Notes: generated by a model not told the origin, from the letters alone. A stretch of 31,812 nucleotides of DNA from Armatimonadota bacterium (GCA_034722055.1 JAYENL010000182.1:1-31812), one strand, 5' to 3'. Shown: positions 1-8,970, counted from the stretch's first letter. Numbers and translations are program-made.

Positions 1-1283
1 GCGACGCCCAGCACGGCGTCGCCGCGGAGGAGCTGGCACCTCACCGGAGTTACGCCGTCGCCGAGGCCGGTCAGGTCCACCGGCAGCCGCATCTGGTGAG
101 CGCTTACCGGCTGGCGCACCGCCGCCACGCCCGGCAGATCGACGATCACTGAAAGCTCCTCGGACTCCAGGTCATCCGCCAGCCTCACGATGATCTCGCC
201 CCGCTGCTCGTGTGTATACAGCGACAGCCGCGGCATGGCCCGGATGTAGGGATCGGACTCAACGTCGAGCGGTGCGAGGCGAAGCAGCTCCTCGCCGCTC
301 TCCGCGTCCGAGATCACCACCTGGTAGGTGCGCCTGCCCCGTCCCGCCACCGGGGCCGAGCACTGCACCGTCCTGGGCGCGTCGGTCAGTGCGGCCTCGA
401 TGACGCGGCCTGCCCTGCCGCCGCCCTCCGCCGGCCTGGCCTGCAGGGCGATGCGCCAGGGTCCGTCGGGCTTCCGAGCGATGCCCACGCGGAAGCTGGC
501 GCGACCGCTCCTGACCCGCCGCGACCACTCCAGGCCGGTGAGCACCAGTCCCGTCTCCGCGGCCGGGCCCGGCTGGATCCGAACGTCGATGACGGTCCGG
601 TATGTCTCGCCGCGGCTCAGCGCCTGCGCCCACCAGAGGGCGCCACCGCCTGGCCGGCACAGCAGGTTCAGCCCCCGGTCGGAGCTGATGCTGAGGGTGC
701 CATACTCGGTGACGAAGGTCTGCTCGGTGGCGTTGGACCAGGGGTCCGTGCGGCCCGTCTCAGGCACCGAGAGCTCCCCCTGCTTCTTTCTGCCGCCGGC
801 CACCAGCCGGTACTGCGACTGGTGCAGCCACGGCCTGCCGACGCCGAACAGCACCTGCAGCTCGGCCTCAGCGGGGTCCAGCAGCTCGTACTCATACTCC
901 AGGCGCAGCGTGCCGTCAGGCCGCACGAGGATGCGCTTCTGGAAGCGGAAGTGCTCGGACCGATCGCGCACCGTCAGGACCTTCCCGGGGGCAGCGTCGG
1001 TGAGCCTGCCGCGTTGCTCGCTCTCGTTGCTGCGGTAGTAGACGTCCTCCCAGGCGCGGTGCACGATGAACTCGGAGGGGTTGGCGGTGAACAGCGGGAC
1101 GCCCCGGTAGGCGATCGTGGCGCCCTCGCCGGAGCGCCAGATGACGAGGAAGTCGCCGGCCAGGAAGCTGCTGGTGTGCAGGTCACCGGCCCCCGCGGCC
1201 GATGCCGCGGGCGCGCCAGCTCCGATGGTCGCGAGCAGCAACGACAGGACGACAAGCGCCAGTGCGGTATGCCTCAATCGCAT
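1..1283 (-). CDS. Secreted hypothetical protein, partial (runs off the left edge; possibly carbohydrate-active)
   Basis: Missing from the ORF track because it has no stop in the window. ATG at 1283 follows GGGAGA. N-terminus MRLRHTALALVVLSLLLATIGAGAPAASAA is a signal peptide. The frame reads open with GC3-rich codons in the segments I translated, ending ...MPRLSLYTHEQRGEIIVRL...GDAVLGV at base 3. Confidence 0.8.
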   Translation of the reverse strand, partial: MRLRHTALALVVLSLLLATIGAGAPAASAAGAGDLHTSSFLAGDFLVIWRSGEGATIAYRGVPLFTANPSEFIVHRAWEDVYYRSNESEQRGRLTDAAPGKVLTVRDRSEHFRFQKRILVRPDGTLRLEYEYELLDPAEAELQVLFGVGRPWLHQSQYRLVAGGRKKQGELSVPETGRTDPWSNATEQTFVTEYGTLSISSDRGLNLLCRPGGGALWWAQALSRGETYRTVIDVRIQPGPAAETGLVLTGLEWSRRVRSGRASFRVGIARKPDGPWRIALQARPAEGGGRAGRVIEAALTDAPRTVQCSAPVAGRGRRTYQVVISDAESGEELLRLAPLDVESDPYIRAMPRLSLYTHEQRGEIIVRLADDLESEELSVIVDLPGVAAVRQPVSAHQMRLPVDLTGLGDGVTPVRCQLLRGDAVLGV

Positions 1284-1526
1284 GGTCTCTCCCACTCCGG
1301 CTGCATGGTTCGCGGCAGGCCCACGCCGGGTGTCTTCGCACAATGGGCGGCGAACGCCTCCTGGCGCGCCGCGCGATTGGGGATGGCGCGCTGCTGCGAG
1401 GGATGGCCTGTAGCCTTGCCGGTATCGCACATCGTCCGCCCGAGAGCACGGATGCACGGCAAACCGCGCTTCGGCCAGCCTGCTGGCGACGCCCTGGCGG
1501 TGACCGAGGTCCCCTGCCCGCGTCGT

Positions 1527-2630
1527 TTACTCGACGAACTCCTCCTCATTCACAACGATGCGGGTCGGCCCACCGCCGGTGGTAATCCATAGCTCTCCGG
1601 GGCGGCGCTCGAAGATGTAGGGATAGGACAGGTTGCCGCCCTTCTTGCGCGCCACGACCACCGGCTCCGTCCAGGTCCTGCCATCATCCTCTGAGAATGC
1701 GATCGACAGCTCGTCGCGGTGCCAGCTTGCGTTCGGCTCCGAGCGGCGATCCCCGCCCCGTCGCGGGTATTCGGCTTTCTCCTCGTCGCTCAGCCCCTCC
1801 GGATAGAGGCGGTTCCAGGCCAGGACGATGCGGCCGCTGTCAAGCCGCAGCAGGAAGCCCGGGGAGCTGCTGGCGTCGATGTCGCTGGGACCGAGCCGCC
1901 GCCAGTAAAGGCCGTCCGTCTCCGACGTCGCCTCCCAGAAGCGGTCCAGGTTCGTGCGGATCAGCATCCAGATCGTCGCGTCGGTGCGCTCGACGACCGT
2001 GGCCTCAAAGCCGCCGTCGTGGTCGCCCCGGCCGCCGAGGTCGATCAGATTGCCATGCCGCCAGGTCTGGCCGTCATCGTCGGATACGAAGCAGTACTGC
2101 CCGTGGCGCACCGGATCGGTGATTGCGTCCTGCACGGGGACGACGATGCGGCCGCTGCTGGTCTGGATCATGTTCTGCAGCGAGCCGCAGTAGCCGTCGA
2201 GGATCCTCTGCCGGTCCACCCATGTGTGCCCCTCATCGAGGCTGCGGATCGCCCACACGTCGAGGTCGGCGTTCAGCTCGCCGGTGGCGGGATCCCAGTC
2301 GAACACGTAGTCCTCAAGATCCATGTACACCAGCACGAGCGTGCCGTCAGCGGTGCGTATCATCGGCCCGCTGCGTGGAATGCCCGAGCCCTCGCCCTCG
2401 TACATCGTCGCGCGCTTCTCCCACGTCTCCCCGTCGTCGCTGCTCACGAGGGCCTCGTTCGCCCCGATGGTGAGCAGGCTGCCGTCGTTGAGCACCACGA
2501 ACGGCCCCCGCCTGTCAGTGGGCATGGGACTGCAGTCGGGATGGACCCACAGGTCCTGCGCTTCGGCCATCGCTGTCACTCCCAACACTGTCACAAGGCT
2601 GCCAGCCAGTAGCATTACAGCTCTTCGCAC
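1527..2630 (-). CDS. Secreted BNR/Asp-box sialidase-family protein
   Basis: GTG start after GAGGAGGG. Signal peptide. Asp boxes SSDDGETW, SLDEGHTW, SDDDGQTW and SEDDGRTW, plus C-terminal LSYP. Confidence 0.9.
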   Translation of the reverse strand: MRRAVMLLAGSLVTVLGVTAMAEAQDLWVHPDCSPMPTDRRGPFVVLNDGSLLTIGANEALVSSDDGETWEKRATMYEGEGSGIPRSGPMIRTADGTLVLVYMDLEDYVFDWDPATGELNADLDVWAIRSLDEGHTWVDRQRILDGYCGSLQNMIQTSSGRIVVPVQDAITDPVRHGQYCFVSDDDGQTWRHGNLIDLGGRGDHDGGFEATVVERTDATIWMLIRTNLDRFWEATSETDGLYWRRLGPSDIDASSSPGFLLRLDSGRIVLAWNRLYPEGLSDEEKAEYPRRGGDRRSEPNASWHRDELSIAFSEDDGRTWTEPVVVARKKGGNLSYPYIFERRPGELWITTGGGPTRIVVNEEEFVE

Positions 2631-2678
2631 GTCAGATCCCTCCTCGGTTGTGTACGCCGCGCTACGCGCGCATCCACG

Positions 2679-2806
2679 TCACGTCTGGGCGATTGGCGCG
2701 AAGCTCAGCGACCACGCCCGGGGCTCGTCGCCGAACTCCAGCCGGCCGCGAATGATCAGCGTCTCGTCGTGCGCATCCTTGCGGTTGGCATGGTGAGCTC
2801 CTCCTC
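2679..2806 (-). pseudogene. Probable internally deleted gene remnant, or an 11-aa uORF
   Basis: GAGGAGGAG-N6-ATG (2791) opens only MPTARMRTTRR*. An overlapping different frame gives GC3-rich HDETLIIRGRLEFGDEPRAWSLSFAPIAQT*. Confidence 0.4.
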
Positions 2807-3031
2807 TGAGTTGCGCGAGGCACGGGTCATGTTCGAGCAGGCCGTGCCGACCTCCTTCGTGGAGGGCCGGGCCATCGCACTCTCGGTGATCGGACATGCT
2901 CGCTCGTCCCCCCGGTGAGCGCGGGCCCGGCGATCACCCGCAAAGGTGCCCTCCGTCAGCCGACGAATAGCAGACTGCAATCGCTGAGAGGACAACGCTG
3001 CGAGCTACGCCCGCCGGGGAGAGAGGCCGAG

Positions 3032-3922
3032 ATGAAGGCTGGAGTATGCCAGTGGGTGTTCAATGCCCTGCTGACCGCTGACGAGATCGACACCTTCGAC
3101 TGCATCGAGCTCGTGGGCACCGCCACCGAGGCGGAGCGCTTCGAGCCGCTCAGCCGCTACTGGTACGATGACGATCCCACGTTGGATCAGGCGGAGCGGG
3201 CCCGGGAGATGCTGGACGAGGTGGGGCTGGAGGTCTCATGCTACACCCTCGACAGCGACTTCGCAGTCTACGATGAGGAGACGTTCGACGAGACCGTGGC
3301 GGACTGCATCCTGGCGCTGGATGTGGCCGAGGTGCTGGGCACGGACACCATCCGGCTGGACCCGAGGACCTCGCTGCCGGAGGAGCACGCGCAGGATCCC
3401 GACCTGGACTACCTGCTCGAGCGCGTCTGCGAGGGGATGCAGGAGGTGACCGACGCCGCCGCCGATCGCGGCATCACGGTCGGCGTGGAGAACCACGGCC
3501 GGCTGCTGGGCCGCAGCCAACAGGTGGCGCGGATGGTGGAGCTGGTGGACCGGCCGAACTTCGGCGTGAATATCGACTTCACGAACTTCCGGCACGTCTA
3601 CGGTGAGGATCACATCGAGGCCACGCGCATGCTGGCCCCGCACGTCGTCCACGCCCACGCCAAGGACTTCCGCATCCGCACCACCGAGCCGCCTCCGGAT
3701 GAGAGGGACGAGTGGACCGAGACCCTCGCTGACGAGTGGATCCAGCGGACCGTCGGCGGCGAGGGCGACATGCAGTGGCCGACGCTCTTCGGCATTCTGC
3801 GAGATGTGGGCTACGACGGGACAATCTCGCTGGAGATCTCGCTGCCGGACGACATCTACGGCTCCGTGAAGCAGGGCGTGGCGAACCTGAGGCGCATCAT
3901 CGCCCACGTGGAGGCCCAGTAG
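3032..3922 (+). CDS. Sugar phosphate isomerase/epimerase (xylose-isomerase-like TIM barrel)
   Basis: ATG 3032 after GAGAGG. Metal motifs GVENH, NIDFTN, HAHAKD, GEGD and ISLE. Confidence 0.9.
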   Translation: MKAGVCQWVFNALLTADEIDTFDCIELVGTATEAERFEPLSRYWYDDDPTLDQAERAREMLDEVGLEVSCYTLDSDFAVYDEETFDETVADCILALDVAEVLGTDTIRLDPRTSLPEEHAQDPDLDYLLERVCEGMQEVTDAAADRGITVGVENHGRLLGRSQQVARMVELVDRPNFGVNIDFTNFRHVYGEDHIEATRMLAPHVVHAHAKDFRIRTTEPPPDERDEWTETLADEWIQRTVGGEGDMQWPTLFGILRDVGYDGTISLEISLPDDIYGSVKQGVANLRRIIAHVEAQ

Positions 3923-3933
3923 GAGGATCCGCA

Positions 3934-5211
3934 ATGCCAGAGCCCAGAGGTCCGGCCATGCCGGACGACCTCGATCGGGAGCTGCAGCGCTCCGAGCCGG
4001 ACTACGTGGTCTACGTCCCGACCGGCGACCACGACACCGGCAACGAGCACTTCCTGGTCAGGGACGCACCCGACGGCGCGCTCATGGCCGTCTGGACGCA
4101 GTCCAGCTACGAGGGCGCGGGCGACCACCGCGTCATGTTCGCGCGCTCGGAGGATGACGGGCGCACGTGGTCGGAGCCGACGCGCATCGTGGGGCCCGCC
4201 GGCCCCGATGACGAGCACCTGATGTCGAGCTGGGGCTTCCCCATCACCTCGGCATCCGGCCGCATCTACGTGATCTGGAACCAGTACCAGGGCATCGATG
4301 ACGTGGTCCACCAGCACACCGGCACCATGGACTGCTGCTACTCCGATGACCTGGGAGCGACCTGGTCTCAGCCGCAGACCGTGCCCATGCCGCGGTCGGC
4401 CTACGACCATCCCGACCCGGCGGTGCCCTCCAACTGGATCGTGTGGCAGCTTCCCATCCGCGACCTGCAGGGGCGCTGGTTCACCGGCTTCTCGCGCTGG
4501 GTGTCGAAGGCCGTGCGCACTGAGCCGCACAACAGCTCCTGGACCTCCATGGAGACCGTGGTGCAGTTCATGCGCTTCACGAACGTGGACGATGACCCCC
4601 AGCCGCGGGACCTGGAGATCGCCTACTCGCCCGATGATGAGGCCCTGCGGGTACCCCACTACGACAACCCGCCCCTCTCGGTGGCCCAGGAGCCCAGCCT
4701 GCTGCGGCTGGCGGATGACCGACTCTTCTGCACCATGCGCACGATGAGCGGCTATATCTGGTACAGCCTGTCCGGCGATGATGGCGAGAGCTGGTGCAGT
4801 CCCCGGCCGCTGCTGCGGCGCGACTACGGCCTGCCGATCGAGGAGCCGCTGTGCTGCTGTCCGATCTACCAGCTTGCCGACGGCCGCTACGTGCTGCTGC
4901 ACCATAACAACGACGGGCACTTCGAGGGCTGCGCGCGCGAGGAGACTGGAAAGAACCGACGGCCGGCGTTCATCGCGCTCGGCGAGTTCCGAGCTGACGC
5001 AGAGCAGCCGATCTGGTTCTCGGCCAGCAAGCAGCTCATGGACAACCAGGGCGTGGGGATCGGGCCGCTGAACCGCATCGACATCGGCGTCTACCCCAGC
5101 CTCACCACGCGCAGGGGCGAGAACGTGCTCTGGCACCCGGACCGCAAATTCTTCCTGGTCGGGAAGCGCATCACCGATGAGTTCCTGACGGAGCTCGCGG
5201 TGCCGGAGTGA
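3934..5211 (+). CDS. BNR/sialidase-family protein without a signal peptide
   Basis: AGGAGG RBS, ATG 3934. Asp boxes SEDDGRTW, SDDLGATW and SGDDGESW, plus QEPS and GVYPS. Probably co-transcribed with the isomerase. Confidence 0.85.
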   Translation: MPEPRGPAMPDDLDRELQRSEPDYVVYVPTGDHDTGNEHFLVRDAPDGALMAVWTQSSYEGAGDHRVMFARSEDDGRTWSEPTRIVGPAGPDDEHLMSSWGFPITSASGRIYVIWNQYQGIDDVVHQHTGTMDCCYSDDLGATWSQPQTVPMPRSAYDHPDPAVPSNWIVWQLPIRDLQGRWFTGFSRWVSKAVRTEPHNSSWTSMETVVQFMRFTNVDDDPQPRDLEIAYSPDDEALRVPHYDNPPLSVAQEPSLLRLADDRLFCTMRTMSGYIWYSLSGDDGESWCSPRPLLRRDYGLPIEEPLCCCPIYQLADGRYVLLHHNNDGHFEGCAREETGKNRRPAFIALGEFRADAEQPIWFSASKQLMDNQGVGIGPLNRIDIGVYPSLTTRRGENVLWHPDRKFFLVGKRITDEFLTELAVPE

Positions 5212-5250
5212 GGGGTGAGGTGCGGGCTGCGAGCTACGAGCTTACGACTA

Positions 5251-5711
5251 ACGGCGTCAACGGCGGGCGGCGTAGGCACACCGCCCTCCGTACGGCAAAG
5301 GCACGGCCACCGGCCCTGTTGCAGGACGCCAACCTGTGCCGCGGCTGCCGTTGCCGTCTGTCGTCCGTGGCACGGGCACTCCTGCCCGTGCGCCGTCGTT
5401 GTCGTATGTCGCTGCCGTCACGCCGTACGGAGCGGCGGGCTGCCCAGCCCGCCGTCGTTGCCGTGTGCCGTTGCAGCCCTGCCCCCGAGACGACGGGTCG
5501 GGCCTTGCGTCCGCGTCGCGGAGGAACGGCGGGCCGGACAGTGGTCCGGCCCCTCCACACGACGAGGCAAAGACCACGGCCAACGGCGTCAACGGCGGGG
5601 GGCGTAGGCACACCGCCCTCCGTACGGCAATGGCACGGCACGCAGCGGTGATGGCAAGGCGTCGGCCTGGAAGCGGCCCAACGCCGTGCGGGCGAGGGCG
5701 CCCGCACCCCA
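5251..5711. repeat. BIME-like mosaic of at least 6 REP-like palindromes with an internal ~57-bp direct repeat
   Basis: Palindromes at ~5266-5291(-), 5367-5390(+), 5428-5454(+), 5531-5558(-), 5598-5623(-) and 5688-5711(-). 5251-5307 is nearly identical to 5583-5639. Confidence 0.85.
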
Positions 5712-5778
5712 GGGGGTGGACGTGTCGTGGCCTGGACCTCGCGAGCTGGGAGGCCACACAGCGGGAGTGAGTGCATCG

Positions 5779-7161
5779 ATGCCACAGCCAAACATCATCT
5801 TCATCCTGATCGACGACCTGGGGTGGCGTGACCTGGGATGCTACGGCAGCGAGTTCTACGAGACCCCCAACCTGGATCGCCTGGCCGCCGAGGGGATGCG
5901 CTTTACCAACGCCTACGCCTCCTGCCCGGTCTGCTCGCCGACGCGGGCCAGCGTCCAGACCGGCCGCTACCCCGCGCGAGTGGGCGTGACCAACTACATC
6001 CCCGGCGAGGCGCGCGGGCGGCTCCTGGAGGCGCCCTACATCCGCCGCCTGCCACATAGCGAGTACACCATCGCGCAGGCTCTCGGCGCCGCCGGCTACA
6101 GCACCTGGCATGTCGGCAAGTGGCACCTGGGCGAGGAGGGCTACTGGCCCGACCGGCACGGGTACGACGTCAACGTTGCCGGCTGCCACATGGGCATGCC
6201 GCACAGGGGCTACTTCAGCCCCTGGGACATCCCGAACCTGGAGAACGGGCCCGAAGGCCAGTACCTCACAGACCGCCTCACCGACGAGGCCATCCGGCTC
6301 ATCCGCGGAAACGACGGTGCCCCGTTCTTCCTGCACATGGCCTACTACACCGTGCACGTGCCCATCCAGGCCAAGACCGAGCACACCGAGCGCTTCGCGG
6401 AGAAGGCCGCTCAGATGGGCCTCGATGACGTGAAGACCTTCGAGGAGGGCGAGCACTTCCCGTGCCAGCATAAGCGCGACCGGCGCGTGGTGCGGCGACT
6501 GGTGCAGTCCGACCCGGACTACGCGGGCATGGTCTGGAGCATGGACGAGAACATCGGGCGGCTGCTGGACGCGGTGGAGGAGACGGGACAGTGGGAGAAT
6601 ACTATCGTGTTCTTCACCTCCGACAACGGGGGGCTGGCGACCGCAGAGGGCTCGCCGACCTGCAACCTGCCACTGAGCGAGGGGAAGGGCTGGATGTACG
6701 AGGGCGGGACGCGCGAGCCGCTGCTGATCAGATGGCCGGGCCTCACGGAGGCCGGCAGCACCTGCGCGGAGCCGGTGACGACGCCGGACTTCTACCCCAC
6801 GATGCTGGAGATGGCGGGGGCGGACCCCATACCGGAGCAGCACTGCGACGGCCTGAGCCTGACACCGCTGCTGCGCGGCGAGGAGGCGCTGGACCGCGAG
6901 GCCGTCTACTGGCACTACCCGCATTACGGCAACCAGGGCGGCACGCCGGGCTGCTCGGTGCGCGCGGGTGACTACAAGCTCATCGAGCTCTTCGAGGACG
7001 GGCGGCTGGAGCTGTACAACCTCCGTGAGGACATCGGCGAGGAGCACGACCTGGCACAGGAGGAGCCGGATCGCGCCGAGCACCTGCACGGGATGCTGCG
7101 CCGGTGGCGACAGGATGTCTGTGCGCGCCTGCCGCGGCCGAATCCGGACTGGGAGGGCTGA
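5779..7161 (+). CDS. Cys-type (formylglycine-dependent) S1 sulfatase
   Basis: PNIIFILIDDLG, CSPTRASVQTG, GKWHLG, FTSDNGG and YEGGTREP. No signal peptide. Confidence 0.95.
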   Translation: MPQPNIIFILIDDLGWRDLGCYGSEFYETPNLDRLAAEGMRFTNAYASCPVCSPTRASVQTGRYPARVGVTNYIPGEARGRLLEAPYIRRLPHSEYTIAQALGAAGYSTWHVGKWHLGEEGYWPDRHGYDVNVAGCHMGMPHRGYFSPWDIPNLENGPEGQYLTDRLTDEAIRLIRGNDGAPFFLHMAYYTVHVPIQAKTEHTERFAEKAAQMGLDDVKTFEEGEHFPCQHKRDRRVVRRLVQSDPDYAGMVWSMDENIGRLLDAVEETGQWENTIVFFTSDNGGLATAEGSPTCNLPLSEGKGWMYEGGTREPLLIRWPGLTEAGSTCAEPVTTPDFYPTMLEMAGADPIPEQHCDGLSLTPLLRGEEALDREAVYWHYPHYGNQGGTPGCSVRAGDYKLIELFEDGRLELYNLREDIGEEHDLAQEEPDRAEHLHGMLRRWRQDVCARLPRPNPDWEG

Positions 7162-7284
7162 GCGCCCCGCTGAGCTGCGACCGCCGACCTCGCGTCGGTC
7201 CTTGGGACCGCCGCTCGTGCGGCCTCTCCAACGGCAGAGCACTTCGGCGCGCGGCCGGGAGAGGTCTCCTCTGCTCAGGGGCTG

Positions 7285-7321
7285 CAAAGCAAAGCGCAAG
7301 GCCCCGGCTCTCGCCGGGGCC
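7285..7321 (-). terminator. Candidate intrinsic terminator of the PPGH-repeat gene
   Basis: Minus strand reads GGCCCCGGC-GAGA-GCCGGGGCC followed by TTGCGCTTTGCTTT. It lies between convergent genes, but the U-tract is interrupted. Confidence 0.45.
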
Positions 7322-7331
7322 GGGCGCTCGG

Positions 7332-7421
7332 CCTCAGTCTGCGGATGCTTTGCCGGTCGCCACTCTGAGTGTGGGAGGCGGGCGCCCTCGCCCGCCCGGT
7401 CGTCCTCAGTCTGCAGATGCT
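7332..7421 (+). repeat. REP-like palindrome flanked by an 18-bp direct repeat
   Basis: CCTCAGTCTGC(G/A)GATGCT at 7332-7349 and 7404-7421 flanks GTGGGA-GGCGGGCG-CCCT-CGCCCGCC (7371-7396). Confidence 0.75.
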
Positions 7422-7796
7422 CTACCAGTCCCGATTACGATAGCGGATGTCGATCGTAGTGCCCTGCGGTCCCTTGCGGATGATGAGGCCGTAATCCTCA
7501 CCGCCCTGGCGATAGCGCCAGTCCCCGTACCGGCGCTCGGGAGAGTACCTGTAGCCGTGGGGCGCGCCGTACATGTGCTTGAGGTGACCCGGCGGAATCC
7601 AGTGCTTGCGGTGCCCCGGCGGGATCCACTTCTTGTGGTGACCGGGCTGATGGCCGGGCGGTACGTGATAGGCGGGGCCAGGTCGGTAGAAGTGGCCTGG
7701 ACCGGAGTGGTCCGCCGCGGCGGGCGACTGCGGGATGATCGTGAGCAACACACCGATGGCGAGCCCGATGAGCACATACTGCAGGAGGCGTTTCAT
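7422..7796 (-). CDS. Small secreted His/Pro/Gly-rich protein with (W)IPPGH repeats (124 aa)
   Basis: MKRLLQYVLIGLAIGVLLTIIPQSPAAA signal peptide. Repeats GPGH, VPPGH, QPGHHKK, WIPPGHRKH and WIPPGHLKH. Confidence 0.8.
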   Translation of the reverse strand: MKRLLQYVLIGLAIGVLLTIIPQSPAAADHSGPGHFYRPGPAYHVPPGHQPGHHKKWIPPGHRKHWIPPGHLKHMYGAPHGYRYSPERRYGDWRYRQGGEDYGLIIRKGPQGTTIDIRYRNRDW

Positions 7797-7928
7797 GGCT
7801 GCTTCGACCCTTTCTCGCTGCGACTTCTCCCTGCGCCCAGACAGCGGGCACGGCGCGCAATTACTATGCACCGTAGTAGATACCCGCCGTGCCGCCTCCT
7901 CAAACACCTTCTGCGATCATCGGGCCCT

Positions 7929-8063
7929 TTACCACCGGCCCAGCAGCGTATTGCGGTAGAGGCGGTAGTCGTCGTAGAGTGCGGCGGAGCGCTCTCGGCC
8001 GTTGGTGGGGCTGAGGTAGTTCGGGTAGCCGAAGGTCACGATGTGGTCGGCGTGCCTGCCCAC
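7929..8063 (-). pseudogene. Orphan C-terminal gene fragment (DUF4434-like tail)
   Basis: GC3-rich frame VGRHADHIVTFGYPNYLSPTNGRERSAALYDDYRLYRNTLLGRW*. No RBS, and an in-frame stop lies just upstream inside the creatininase gene. Confidence 0.55.
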
Positions 8064-8082
8064 GCAGGAGGGGAGAGCATTC

Positions 8083-8868
8083 TCAGGCCTCGCTCATCCA
8101 TTCTCGCAGCTCCTCGGCCAGCCGGTCGCAGACCTCGTCGAAGATGCGCTGCGCGGCCTCGGGCGTGACCTTCTCCGCCAGCTCCGGGTCCCACTCGTAG
8201 TGCTCGCGGGCCATAAAGCGGAAGACGGCCTCGCGGGACTCGGGCGTCAGCCCGCGCGAGTAGAGCCAGGGGTCACAGGCCGCGCCGCCAGCCGAGTCGT
8301 ACTTGGGCAGCAGCGTGTCCTCGGGGTCGTAGCGGTCCAGGTGCACCGTGGCGGGATCGGCGGCCATCAGCTCCGCGGCCTCGTTCGGGCCGGCGTGGCC
8401 GCCGCCGATCGACGAGTCCAGTGGCCCGTCGGGGCCGGCCTTGACGAGGATGCGGACGCTGGTCCCCGTGCGGGAGTACTCGTTCGCGCCGCCCTCCCAG
8501 GACTCGCGCTGCATGGCGCCGGCGTGCGCGAGGTTGACGAAGATCCAGCGGAAGCCGCACTTCTCCAGCTCCCGATACAGCTCCAGCGCCACCTGCCTGA
8601 CCAGCGCCGGCGTGAAGCTGATCGTCCCCCGCCAGTTGCAGAAGCCCGGCGCCGCCACCCAGGTGGCGGGGAGCACCACGCCGCCGCCCAGCCGCTCGGC
8701 GACCGCCGTGCAGATGGCGTTGCCGCGCAACAGGTCCGACCCGGTGCTCATGTGCGGCCCGTGCCACTCCAGCGAGCCGGCCGGGACGATGGCCAGTGGC
8801 AGATGCTCGATGGCCTCGTCCAGCTCCTCGGGCGTCATCATCTCCCAGCGCACGATGCGGTCGGCCAT
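8083..8868 (-). CDS. Creatininase-family amidohydrolase
   Basis: AGGAGGAG RBS. Motifs GSLEWHGPHMSTGSD, GTIS, AHAG and HAGPNE. Confidence 0.9.
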   Translation of the reverse strand: MADRIVRWEMMTPEELDEAIEHLPLAIVPAGSLEWHGPHMSTGSDLLRGNAICTAVAERLGGGVVLPATWVAAPGFCNWRGTISFTPALVRQVALELYRELEKCGFRWIFVNLAHAGAMQRESWEGGANEYSRTGTSVRILVKAGPDGPLDSSIGGGHAGPNEAAELMAADPATVHLDRYDPEDTLLPKYDSAGGAACDPWLYSRGLTPESREAVFRFMAREHYEWDPELAEKVTPEAAQRIFDEVCDRLAEELREWMSEA

Positions 8869-8970
8869 GCTACTCCTCCTTCTGGACCTTCGCGGCCCCT
8901 GCGTTACGCGTCCCCCAGCGCTGCCTGGGCCTGGCTGGTGACGAGAGGGACGGTCGTCGCCTGTCGTCCA

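Noticed and set aside
210..1592. Long plus-strand ORF (460 aa), and similar antisense ORFs 5257-7299, 9120-10670, 14260-15540, 23066-24475 and 24448-26802
   Set aside because: Shadow ORFs opposite real genes in high-GC DNA, with no motifs or RBS.
2829..2970. Short plus-strand ORF MFEQAVPTSFVEGRAIALSVIGH...
   Set aside because: Only the first half is GC3-biased, the RBS is weak and no motif is recognisable.
5251..5640. Possible CRISPR array from the 57-bp direct repeat
   Set aside because: Only two copies about 330 bp apart, the spacer is itself made of REPs, and there are no cas genes.
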